This document shows, in pieces, positions 50,179 to 62,452 of a stretch of DNA of 64,000 bases (position 1 is the stretch's first letter; each line of letters begins with the position of its first letter). The DNA is taken from the NCBI GenBank assembly GCA_030704615.1, contig CM060731.1, forward strand, positions 64,976,001-65,040,000, given 5' to 3'. The notes under the pieces are model-generated. The model was not told where the DNA came from and made no database searches. It saw only the letters and a program-made list of their open reading frames with translations. This DNA comes from Takakia lepidozioides. Taxonomy: Eukaryota > Plantae > Bryophyta. Made by a program: the position numbers and the translations under genes.

Positions 50179-52788
50179 CTTTTCTTTTCTTTTTTTTCTT
50201 TTTTTTCTTTCTTTCTTTCTTTTTCTTTTTCTTTTTCTTTTTTGAACAGGGGACTTTGCCCTGGAAGCTTTATTTATGTTTATTTTTGGTGGGGAAAAAA
50301 GTAAAACCCCTAAAAGTACCATGAAGGCACACACACCATAGACAATGAAGGATGAACCGACCTCCTATTGGAGAATTCCAAAAAATTAGGGCATTATGCC
50401 TAATGTAGTGCTGAGTGGTGGGGAGAGCATCTCACCCAGGGAGCTTCTTGCAAGCAAGAGTCTAAGAGCAGGTGTAGGTTTTGCCAGCAGAGGTAGAGTC
50501 CTAGCGAAGAACTTGATGATGACTACTACTCTACTGCTATCGATTTGCTCTTGGAATGTCAACGGAACTTGAGTCTCGCAGCTGACTTGATGTGGCGCCA
50601 GTTAATGTCTTTGTAAAATTCGGGGGAGAGTGTGGATGGGCGCCCTGAGCCCCCTCCAAGCGACTGGTAGGTTGGCAGCCCAGTTGCATTTGCTTGGTGA
50701 AGTGGTAGTGCAGATGTGCCCTTGCCTGCCCAAGAACGATCTGAAGTCTGCATGCAGGTTGGCTGCTTGTTGAGGGTGTTTGTTCATTTTTGCACACAGT
50801 TTCACCCATGCCTTTCTAGCATCAATCTACAAATCCCAGAATATGCGAGCTAATACTGTGGATAATGACAGAGCTTCACCAGAGAGTGACCAGGAGCAAC
50901 GTACTCTCCATAGTTGTCATAGTGTAGAAACGCGGAGGCTCTCAAAGACTGGGCAATCAATGGATTTCGATTTGGAAGAGGTGTCATAGTTTAAAAGTAG
51001 TCTGAGTGGCGTTTGTGGTTGGGTATCCCAGATGGTGTAAAAAGCTTTTATGATTCTCCAGATTGATTCTGAGCCCTGGCACGAGAGGAGGCAGTGTTCT
51101 AAAGATTCTAGCACTCATGTGGAGCAGCATGAGCATAAAAGAACGTCCTAGAATTGAAGCCATTCTCCTACCTTGAGCACTTTATTCGCAATTTGCCATA
51201 GGAATGTAGACATTTTTGCAGATTTGGTCTTGCTCCAGATATTGCTCCAAATTGCTTTCAAGTTTTCATTGGCAAAGCCATAGTACTGCCATTTAACATT
51301 CCACTTGGAGTGGAGAGGGTTAAGTTTGGCTAGTGTTTTGCGGGCTTTTTTTGCTAGGTAGTTGAAGAAGGGGACTTGGGATCAGCCAAAGGACCATGTC
51401 CACTCCTTAGGGTCAAATTGCAGGTCTGCCAGCAACCTTCCTAAAATCCAGATAAAGTTATTTGCTGCAAGCCAGATGTGTAGAGGTAAGGTGGGATCAG
51501 GTTGAGGGTTCATATCTTTTGTCGGGTACGACCAGCAGCATATCCTAACCGGGGTATAAGATGGGGTAATCAATGGGTCGCTCGCTATTCAAAGACAAAG
51601 CCATAGAAACAGGGTCAATATTGAAGGGAAATCCTGTCAGGGTATGATCGGATCTGTGGAGAATGAAAAGAACAATTAGCTTATTGTGGATGATCCCAAG
51701 AGTCCAATAAAGGGATTGGGGATTTGAAGGACCAGTCTGGAGATTCGAGAGCCAAGTGGGGGGGATGGAGGCTGTGATTTGAGGCAATCCAGCCTTGGCC
51801 CTGTTTTTGCCTACAGATAGTGCAATGATATCTGCCTCCTTAAAGCCGTTTTTGCACCATATATCTTTGAGCTGGCAGATCCCCTTGTGATCCCACGAAG
51901 ACCATCTTCTGGCCTGACAGCGTTGGGTTGTGGTGGTTTGGCTGTTGTTTAAGAAGATGTGCTGTTGGGCAGTCTCTTCGAATGTTTGAGGTTCTTCTTT
52001 TTTAAGGAGAGGCCTGAGTTTGGCCCATGCTTATCAAATAGTTGTCCACAATGGTGAGCCTACGAGCTTGTGTTTGAAGCCTTGCACTGCCCATCTGAAG
52101 GAGGGGCCCTATGATGAGTTTTGAAGGGGTGATGCGGCCAGGATGTTTCCTGTCACGAGAATTTCCAGCATCCCCCCTCTAGGCCAAAGAATTTAGGGAC
52201 CCATTTTCCTAACGGAGCGGCAATTTGTATCTCCGGATCGATGACTCCCAGACCACCATCCTTTTTGGGAAGGCATATTTGTCTCCAGGAGACTTGGGGT
52301 CTTCTCCAGCCTAGCAATGATGATTTAGCTCCCTAGATAAAGTTACGAAGTAGGGTTCTAACCTGTTTGATCTGGGAGGTGTTTGATCGCCAGGACAAGG
52401 AGAAGTACCAAATGCCTGCAAAGAGGACTTGATTGACTGCCAGCGCTCTACATGTGATGGAGAGACGCTTTGATCCCCAAAAGGTTAGTTTTCTTTTGAG
52501 TTTTGTCATAGTAGGTGCGAACCGTTGGTTGTCAATGAGGTTGATGCCGAAGGTATAACCCAGGTAAGTGGTTGATTGGCCCGGTTGAAGCCAAGAAAGG
52601 CCTAAGGAGGAGCCCCAAGATGGAGAGGCTCCAATGCATGATTTGTTGATATCTCCGGCCAGAATTGCACACATTTTGGCCCAGTTGACTTTGAATCCTG
52701 AGGCCTGGCAGAATGTCTGAAGGGTGTTTGTAGCATTGCTCAGGTTGGCTGGATTGGCTTGGGTAAACGGTCATTAACGACCGCAGAC
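50179..52788 (-). mobile_element. LINE (L1-like) 3' portion, degenerate
   Basis: A-rich tail on the minus strand (T-run 50179-50243). ORF2 remnants include FCQASGFKVNWAK, TYLGYTFG, VSWRQICLPKKDGGLGVIDP, IWSKTKSAKMSTFLWQI and ESLEHCLLSC. It breaks off in the RT domain exactly where the LTR starts. Confidence 0.88.
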
Positions 52789-53295
52789 TGTAACGGCTCT
52801 TTTGAGCATAGTATAAAAAGACTGCACGCAACTTAGAAGGGGCGATATGAGTATCAGTGATCAATGTGTATTCAGTATATACTTCAGTGATGATATGACG
52901 GACTCTGAAGTAAAGCCAGGCTATTCGAAGTATCTCTGTGTAGAGTGAACGTGAGATGGAGATAATGTGTATTATGCGAAAACGTGAGATGATGAGAATG
53001 TGTATCATTTCAGGATAGTTCTTGTTTGCCTTGACTACCAATTGCTTTACAACTTTAGTCTTTTTGATTAAGATCTTTCATGCCAAAGAGACTGTAAGTT
53101 GAGCTCAATCAATAGGATTAAGCAGCATGCATGGAGATGAATTCATACGATGTTCATGGTTTAGCTATCCTTAAAACAATTACTTCGTAATCGTTTCTGA
53201 AAGCCTACCATCGGACAACCTCTTTTGCATGTCTTAGGAAATGGGCAGTAGTGCTAATAGCCTGTTTTGTCTAAGTCATAAACCAGCGGTTAACA
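52789..53295 (+). repeat. 5' LTR (TGTAAC...TTAACA, ~507 bp) followed by a PBS-like TGGCGACCATACTGGGGA
   Basis: TG...CA termini, with a TGG-initiated PBS-like tract immediately after 53295. The partner LTR is outside the window. Confidence 0.7.
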
Positions 53296-54338
53296 TTTGG
53301 CGACCATACTGGGGACTAACGGTATGTTGAGTTCAAGAGTACTCAAAGAAAGATGGTTACTCAGTGATTTCTTGAAATCACAACAGAACGAGTCAACGGA
53401 AACAAAGGAATGGAAACATTCCTGGAAAAATTTCATGGCTTACCAAGAGCAATACAACAGAAGATCTTTCTTTCAGTCGCGAAAGAAGATGACAAATGGG
53501 GATTGAAGGGAGGAGTGATCAGTATTATACGAGCACCTTGGGAATGTAGGATTAGAAGTGAAGAGTGGTTGTCTCGTCTAGCTTTATTGATTACTCTAAT
53601 CCCAATCAGAAAAGTTTGCTACACTAGTTATATTTTCAGATAAGGATGTTCAAATTATGAATATTGTCACACGATCATAGAAGTAGTGGAGTACTGGATA
53701 CCCAAAGACTTATTGCAAGTCAGATACACTGAAAAAGACAGATGGTATTATTGTGCCCATTAAAAGTTTGGTGATCAATCAGTAAAAAGGAAAATTAAGT
53801 CGTAATACGGATTCTTGCAAGATAGGATAAATCTTGAAGAAAGGGTAGAGACCACTATAAATTTTCTTTACTGACATACCAAGACTGTTTAAAGGGTGCC
53901 GAAAAGGAATTCTACATATGATGTGGGAATGAATGAGGAAAATAAAGATAAAGCTAAGGTGAACGAATAGAGAAATATGCTGCAGAAAGGGAGGCTCGGT
54001 TAAGAGAAGAGTTCCCAGAACTACAGAACTTGAATATTATTCAAGGTGAGACATCAAGACAAATTGACAGTGATAAACCAGAAGATCAGGAAATCGGATC
54101 GGTGGGAAGTGGGAACACTACACCAGAAGAAGTTGCCAATAATGTACCACAAGAAAGATTTGAAGGACCTTCTCCAGTAACAAGTCCAAATCGAGGTTTT
54201 GCTAAGAAAGATTTGAGAACATTCTGAGAGAAGAAGGTGAAAGAAGTGAAAGCACTTCTCCAGAAAGAATAACCAGAATTGCACTCAAAGCTTTTAAAGA
54301 TTCATTAAGCTTAGTAGGGACAACACCTGGAAGACGAC

Positions 54339-57300
54339 CCTGGGGGGTGCACTCTTTATAAAATGTCCGTATCACGTGCGTTCGCCGCCTAATAGAAAAA
54401 CCCCTTGTATACGGGTCCTTGGATCATTTATACCCCCTCTGTACATACATTTTGAAGATTATAAAACCCCCTCCTGTAAATATATAGAAATTTGTAAATT
54501 TTAAAAAGTACCCCCTTATGTATGTATATTTCCCTTTTCAATAATTCAAAAATACCCTCAAATATGTATATGTATATTTTTATATTATATCAAGTTTATT
54601 TATTTAAAAATAGAATAAAATCTAGTAAATTAATTAAAAAAATGTTTCCCTCAATAAAACTTGCTGTGGAATCTCACTTTGAACAATAATCAGATGCAGA
54701 GAGGAAAAGGACATTGTCAATGCCCGATGTGCAAGAGGCATGAAGAAAGTTTCCATTTTCTGATATACAGTCCTGGGTATTTTCATCAGAGAGTGACCCT
54801 CTTGAAGACCATCAAGACCTAGTCACTGCACCTTTGTTCATCAACTAGGACAGTTTCTGGACTTGTTCTACAGTTTTAACCTTCGCAAGGTCCAATTATT
54901 TTCAAAACCTACTGTTGAGAATTCCTCTCCAAAAAGAGATTTCGTGCGCCTTTGCTGCCACTGTTGGAGTCCAACCTGACTCGCAGCTGACAGAGTTCAA
55001 TACATTCAATTAGGTGACAAACATTTCATTTCACCAATACTCCCCACAAGAACAAACACCATTTTGGAAGTGGTGAAAGCGGTTTGCATCCCGTACAACA
55101 ATCTCTTGCTTAGCTATCTTTGAGATGAATTTGGTGGCTGTGTGGCAATCACCACACATCTGAAGATTCTTGATGATCCCCAAAGACATCCCAGAGGGTG
55201 TGTTGATAAGCCCAAAAACAATGGCCAGCTTCTCATTGTGTTGGCAAAGAGACGATTCTTTAAGCTCTTCCTCAACATCATGCAATGCAAAGCACAGGCT
55301 TCACCCCTTCGCACATCATTTGCTCATAGGTCTCCAAAGCCTCCATCCAGCGCCCTTGCTGTGCATATCCTGCAATCATCGCACTCCATGACAGCACATC
55401 TCGTTCAGCCATACCGTCGAACACTCCCTTCATACATGTCCACGAGGGTATTGTTCATAATCACATTTGATACAATTGCAGATGTGACAATGTCACCATG
55501 GACCTCTTTGCCCTTTTCCAGAGCTAACAGGCTTGCACACGCATTGCAAATGTACACAAACGTGATGTGGTCGGGCTTCACCCCTTCCCCCATCATTTGA
55601 TCATAGGTCTCCAAAGCCTCCATATCACGTCCCTGCTGTGCATACCCTGCAAGCATCGCACTCCACGACACCACATCTCGTTCAGCCATGGAAACTCCCT
55701 TTGCATCTTTAATGCACCCACATTTGGCATACATGTCCATCAGGGGAGTGTTCAGAATGACATCTGGTACAATTCCAGCTTTGACAAAGTCACCATGGAC
55801 CTCTTTCCCCTTTTCCAGAGCTCCCAGGCTTGCACACGCATTGCATCCTGCCAACATTATATTCCACGTGATCAAAGATTGTTGAGGCATTCTGTTGAAC
55901 ACTTGGTGAGCATCCATGATGCTCCCACACATAACATATATGTTGACAAGGGTGTTGAGTAGAAAAACATTTGGCGTGAATCCACTTTGGATGATGTGAG
56001 TATGCACCTATTTTCCAGCTTCCAGACCTTCCATCTTGATGCACTTAAGCAAGAGACAGACATACATATCTGAATCTGGTGAAATGCCTTGTGATGTGGT
56101 TAGGCTTCACCCCGTCCCCCATCATTTGCTCATAGGTCTCCAAAGCCTCCATCCCGTGCCCCTGTTGTGCATACCCTGCAAGCATCACGTTCCACGACAC
56201 CACATCTCGTTCAGCCAAAGTGTTGAAAACTCCCCTCACATCCTTAACGCACCCACATTTGGCAAACATGTCCACAAGGGTAGTTTCAAGATGACATCTG
56301 GTACAATTCCAGCTTGCTCCCAGGCTTTCACACGCATTGCAAACACAAACAAATGTGGTTGGGCTTCACCGCTTTGCACATCATTTGCTCATATGTCTCC
56401 AAAATGTTCCTACCACACCTATGCTTGGTAAATCCTTTCAACATAATATTCCACGTGATCAAAGATCATTGAGGCATTTTGTTGAACACTTGGTGAGCAT
56501 CCCTGATGTTCCGGCACTTAACATACAGGTTGACAAGGGTGTTGAGTAGAAAAACATTTGGCGTGAATCCACTTTGGATAATGTGAGGGTGCACCTGCTT
56601 GCCAGCTTCGAGACCTTCCATCTTGATGCACTTAAGCAAGAGACAGACATACATATCTGAATCTGCTGAACTGCCTCTTTGTTTTAGAGTCTGTAGAGCC
56701 TCTGTCAGGCTGTCGCACAAAGTATCTTCACATGCCCAGAAGTGCCAGAGGAGGCATTGTGGACTCCCTCTCTTGATTCTCTTTCAGAAGCTGTGGTCAT
56801 GGTTGAGGTGCCTGATTTTATCAATTGTGTCGCTGCAGCTGCTGCCTTTAGTTGACCATCTACTTTCTTGTAGCTATTGATCCGCAAGGAATCAGAAGTA
56901 ATCTTGTGTTTAAAATCGACCTCTTGGATGAATCGTGTTCCACAACACCACCTCGTTCAGCCATAGTGTTGAACACTCCCTCCGCATCCTCAGTGCTCCC
57001 ACAATGGCATACATGTCCACAAGGGTATTGTTCATAATCACATCCGGTACAATTCCAGCTTTGGTGATGCAACCATGCACCTCTTTGCCCTTTTCCAGGG
57101 CTACAGGCTTGCACACGCACTGCAAACGCACACAAACATGATGTGGTCGAGCTTCACCCCTTCCCCCATCATCTGCTTTCAGGTCTCCAAAGCCCCATCT
57201 CGCGCTCCTGCTCTGCACACCCTGCAAGCATCGCGTTCCACGACACGACATCTCATTCACCCATAGTGTTGAACACTCCCTTGGCATCCTCAATGCTCCC

Positions 57301-60080
57301 ACATTTGGCATACATGGCCACCATAGCAATGTTCAGGATGACATCTAGTACAATTGCAGATTTGATGATGTCACCAGGGATCTCTTTGCCCTTTTCCAGG
57401 GCTGCCATACGCACTGCAAACGCACACAAACGTTATGTCGGCGGCCTTCACCCCTTCCCCCATCATTTGCTCAAAGGTTGGAGCCTCCATCCCGCACCCC
57501 TGTTGTGCATACCCTGCAAGCATTGCACTCCACGACACCACATCTCGTCCAGCCATAGAGTTGAACACTGATCCCTTGGCATCCTCGATGCACCCACATT
57601 TGGCATACATGTCCACCAGGGTAGGGGCAGTGTTCATAATGACATCTGGTAATCTGATAGGCATTCACCTTTTTGCCTCGGTTGTCCCACCATTGTCTGG
57701 GGTCAGAAAAATATTCATTCCACAGCTTCTCCTTGTCTCTGTTACCTGTTTCTAGATACTTTCCTGTTGTCACATTGGCAGTATCATGTCAAAGTCATTC
57801 CAAACTACCCTAGATTCACTCAACCAATTAACTTGCAGAATTCAACATGAAAGTTTAGGGCCGATTCTGATAGGAAGAGACAACAGGGTGGAATGTGTTG
57901 AAGAAGGTGCCTTCATCAGCAGTGCCTGATTTTATCAATTGTGTTGCTGCTGCTACGACTTCAAGTTGATTATCTACCCATACAGGTTTCTTATATCTAT
58001 CCTTCCACAGGGAATCATCGGTAATCTGGAGCTTGAAATCTGGAGCTTGTCCTTGACCTTGTGTCATGACCCGTGGAGGATTTGACCGACCATCAACCCA
58101 AAAGGACCTCTTGTGTGTGCTGCTTGTGTCTTGTAGTCATACTTCCCCTAAACAATCCAACCCAGGCTATGACAATGACCAAAATACCAAGCCCAACCTG
58201 ATGGCAAACCTCCCTCATTCAAAGCCTGATTTTCTGGCGAGTGTGACCACATGCAACATTGTCAAATCCTAGAGAGCCTACTTGTAGAAGTCATGTGAAC
58301 GAGCATTCATGCAGAAAAAAAGTTTATGAAGAGTCTACGGATGTGACGGACTCAGTGCTCTTTCTGCGCTTTAAGTGCAGGGGCGACAACAAGGTCGGCC
58401 ATGCCATAATACTCCCAAGACTGTCGACCTGCCTGACCAGCTGTTCGTTGTCATTGCCTTCCTTCTCCACTCCACGGACCAGCGCATCCAAGGGTAAATT
58501 CAGTGTCTTCTGCACATGTGGTACATGTACAACACAATCGGAACTCGTACTCTCGAATATAAGGCAAACCAGTAGACCTGACTCTGTACACAATTGTCCG
58601 ATTTGCAGACATTGCTTCCATATTGCCCTAGAGTGCACGGTGAATAATAGATTGCTTAGGCGTCAAGATGCTTATTCTAGGTATATGTACAGGTCATGAA
58701 TGTGAGAATAACAAGAAATTCATGAAGTTAGACTTACAGCCAGCCAATCACCAATGGCGCGCGATTCTGGAGGTCTTCCAGCTTTCTTGTTTACCTGCAA
58801 ATTGAAAAGCACATGGAAGAAAAGGTCAGGTGTTTAACTAAGAGGAATTCTCTGGTGTTTATCGGAGAAGGAGAGAGCACCTGTTGAAGAGCAGCTTTGA
58901 ACATGGTGCTGCTATTGGGGTTCCATGTAATGCCGTCAGATACCTGGGAGGTGCTTGCCAGTGGCTGGGAAGTTGCTCCTTCGCTCTTGACTGTGGTCAG
59001 CGTCTGAAGCAAGGCTGGAAATGGAGGCTTGGCATTTGTGCTGATGGTTTGGCTGGGAGCTGGCAAGTTGAGCATGTTCAAGAACACAGAGACAAAGATC
59101 AGAAAGCAAGGAAATCAGATTCTTAGTCTGAATTCTATACCTCAAAGACTCCTAACTTGGATGTGACCACACATATTGATCCAGTATCCTGCTCCTGTAC
59201 ATAGGTCTGCAATTCTAGACAGACGATTGCAAGTCGGATTGGTCTGTGAGAACCACCACGGTGCAGCTGAGCAGGTAGAGATTGAAACACGGCCTGCTAA
59301 GACCAAGCTGACTCTCCCAAGAACCTTGTAAACATTAGGAAGAATACCAAATCAGGGTACTAACAGGAGGCAAGAGCCTGCATTTGCAGGATGGACAAAC
59401 TTCTTTACATCGTACCTTAAGAAAACGCCACACTTTGCGATTGCAGTTGTCCCACAAACGTGAAGGATATGCTCCGTGCTGCAAATTCAGGGCCGAGTCT
59501 GATGAGAGGGCAAAACAGGCTGAAATAGGTCGAAGAAGAAGGTTCCCTCACCACGTTGTCCTTGACATTGTGTCATGACCCATGGAGGATTTGACCTCCC
59601 ATCAGCCCAAAAGGACCTCTCTTCTGTGTGCTGCTGGTGTCTGTAGTCAAGTAATGTCAGATTGGTCTTTGAGAACCACCACGGTGCAGCTGAGCAGGCA
59701 AAGATTGAAACGACCTGCTAAGACCAAGCTGACTCTCCCAAGAACGCGGGAGAGGAGGGGAGAGGAGAGGCGAGGAGAGGAGGGGAGGAAAAAGAGAGCC
59801 CACGGTAGGGAAGGGGAGAAAGATCGCGGGGAGAAAAAAAGGAAAAAAAACAAACAAAAAGAATGATCCCGTGATTTAATCCCGCGGTGTATCACGACCC
59901 AAATAACGTCCTTACCACTAGACTACCCTTTAAAACTTAACAACCCCCTCCTGTAATATTATATTTAAGGTGTTTTAAACCCCCCCATGTATGTATAATG
60001 CTGTACATGGGGGGGTTTAAAATACCCCCTCCTGTGCACGCACGTGGCTGGTACATACTGGCTGGAGTGCACCCCCCAGG
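54339..60080. mobile_element. Non-autonomous TIR DNA transposon (Pack-type), 5742 bp, carrying host gene fragments
   Basis: Perfect 16-bp TIRs CCTGGGGGGTGCACTC (54339-54354) and GAGTGCACCCCCCAGG (60065-60080). TSD AAGACGAC at 54331-54338 and 60081-60088. Subterminal ACCCCC(T)CCTGTA-like repeats occur at both ends. No transposase seen. Confidence 0.9.
55031..59744 (-). pseudogene. Scrambled PDF-PPR-DYW pseudogene (locus 4) inside the DNA transposon
   Basis: Out-of-order, frameshifted pieces: PDF exons and introns (57650-58140, 59232-59744), linker/first PPRs present twice (~56090-55860, ~56930-56340), PLS fragments, and a truncated DYW ending CSCGEYW (55031-55290). Confidence 0.9.
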
Positions 60081-60088
60081 AAGACGAC

Positions 60089-62452
60089 TATCATTGGGAC
60101 AAAGAACTCCTAGCTTTGAATCACTGTTTGGAAGACAAACACCAACACCATTCCAGCCAGCAGCAGCGGGACCATCCCAGTTTGGGCAACCAGTTGCACC
60201 AGTTGCACCGATGGCTTTAGCAGCAAACAAAACCAGATCACCATTTCATTTATATGATGGGAAATCTGATCCAGATATCCATCTTAATCAATTTGAAAAC
60301 ATGTGCACCATTTACAATGAAGCAACAGACCAAGAGAAGATCCGACTATTTCCTTGTTCAATGGCCCGGAAAGGCATTGAATGGTTGGCAACCTTCCCAG
60401 CCAATCACTTTGCGAATTGGGCGGATATGAGAGCCGCGTTTCAAGAAAGATATAGATCCAACAAATCCACGTCTGAAATCTTCACATGATTACAGATTCT
60501 GAGACAGAAAAAGAAAGAATTGGTAGTCGACTACCTGGAGAGAATGAAGACTCTGATCAGGAAGCTACCTCAAGCACTAGGGGATGATTTGCAAAAATCA
60601 TGGTTCATCAATGGACTTCATCCTGAATACGTAACCATGGTTACAGTCATGCCTAACAACACTTTGGCTGAAGCAGTAGGGACTGCAAAGAAGTTGGAAT
60701 TGGGATTCCATCAGAGCAGATGCAAAGATTCCAAGGATCCCTTGGAAGAAGAAGACTCTGATGATGAAGAAAAGCCCAAGCAAAAGAAGAAAGAAGTGAT
60801 TGACAAAACCACTTAATTTGGATCAGAAGATAGCAGAGGCTATGAAGAATTTTAAAGATGAAGGGCCACAAAAGGCAACATGGTGTCACAAATGCGGGAC
60901 TGCAGGACACCTGGCAACGGAATGCCATATGAAGGACAAATACTGTGATATTTGTCATATGAACAATCATAATACCAGCCATTGTATTTACAACCAACGG
61001 GCCAAGAAGACTGGGTACACACGAGAGGTGGGGGTACACCAAGTTCAAATCCGACGGGGAGGATCGGACGAACCAAGACGATACAATATGGGTAATCGTT
61101 ATCAGAGGCCACGAGATGAATATCCACCAAGGGATAGGGAACATCAACCCAGAAACAAAGAAAGCACGAGATGCCACAATTGCAAGAAAGAAGGGCACTG
61201 GAAACATGAATGCCAGTTGCGAATCAAGCATGAGGCAGAAGTGGGAAATATGGAAGCCGGACCAAGTGTAGTCGTAAGTGTGGTAACCTCTGTAGTGGAT
61301 ACCCTTGCGGTAACCCGAACTCAGGCCGAGAAACAGAAACCTCCAGATAAGGAGATCAAAGAAGAACGGAAACAATATCCAGAAAGTGCAGCATGGCAGG
61401 AGGAAAAGAGCTTACACCAGGAGGTAAGTAAAGCCATAGCTCAAATGCAAGAGGGGACTCATATACCTTCTGGAGAGCCAACTCCAGATAAGCAAATCAG
61501 ACCAACGATGAAGACCACGAATACAACCACGGAAACAGAATTGGCCGAAGTAATCTGCCAGACCAAGACCCAAATTACCATTGGACAATTATTAAAAATT
61601 GCTCCACACTGCAAAAAAACTTTGTTCCGGGCAATCGAGGCATTGACCCCCACACCAAAACAAAAACCAACACCAGAAGTTTACACGATTAAACCCACAA
61701 CTATACGACAAACTCTCGATTACGACGAAACAATACCCGTAATACAAGTACGTATTGGACGGAAGATGGTAACGGATGTACTCATCGATGGAAGATCCAG
61801 AGTGAATATCATGACAGAAAATATGAAAAAGTCACTAGGATTGGGGCACATGGAACCCGCTCCATTCACAGTACGAATGGCTGATCAACGAAAAGTGCAG
61901 CCATTGGGGATCATCAGACGACTTGCAATAGAAGTAGCAGGACTGGTATACGAAGTATCAGTAACCATTCTCAGAATGGAGGATGTGGCAGAAGGATATT
62001 CGCTACTACTTGGCCGACCATGGTTAACACAAGCCCAATCACACCACGATTGGGGAAGTCAGACTCTCACAATAAAAAAGGGAGCAGAACAAAGCACCAT
62101 CACTACCAAGCAACGAAGTACTATTCCACGAGAGAAACGACCTTATATAGTGGAAGAGTATGATTGGTCCAGTGGACTGTCGGATGAAGAAGAAGCCACA
62201 GTATACGCAGCACATCCACAATTGGAACCTATTGGGCAACTAGTGGTCAAGCATACCACAACAGTAGGATGTCACATGGTGAACACCCAAGGAGAACCAA
62301 ATACTTCGAGAACGGAAGGTTCAGAGGAAGAAGCGATGGACACACCTCAACACCCTGCCCGTTCTATCAAGAAAGGGAAGAAGACATTCAAATCAGTGAA
62401 GTACCTACCACAATTGCAACCATCGGACAAGAAATTGCAGGATGGACAGTAA
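60089..62452 (+). pseudogene. gypsy gag-protease region (stops/frameshifts)
   Basis: YDGKSDPDIHLNQF...LFPCSMARKGIEWL retrotransposon gag, zinc knuckles, and protease-like LLLGRPWL. Confidence 0.88.
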
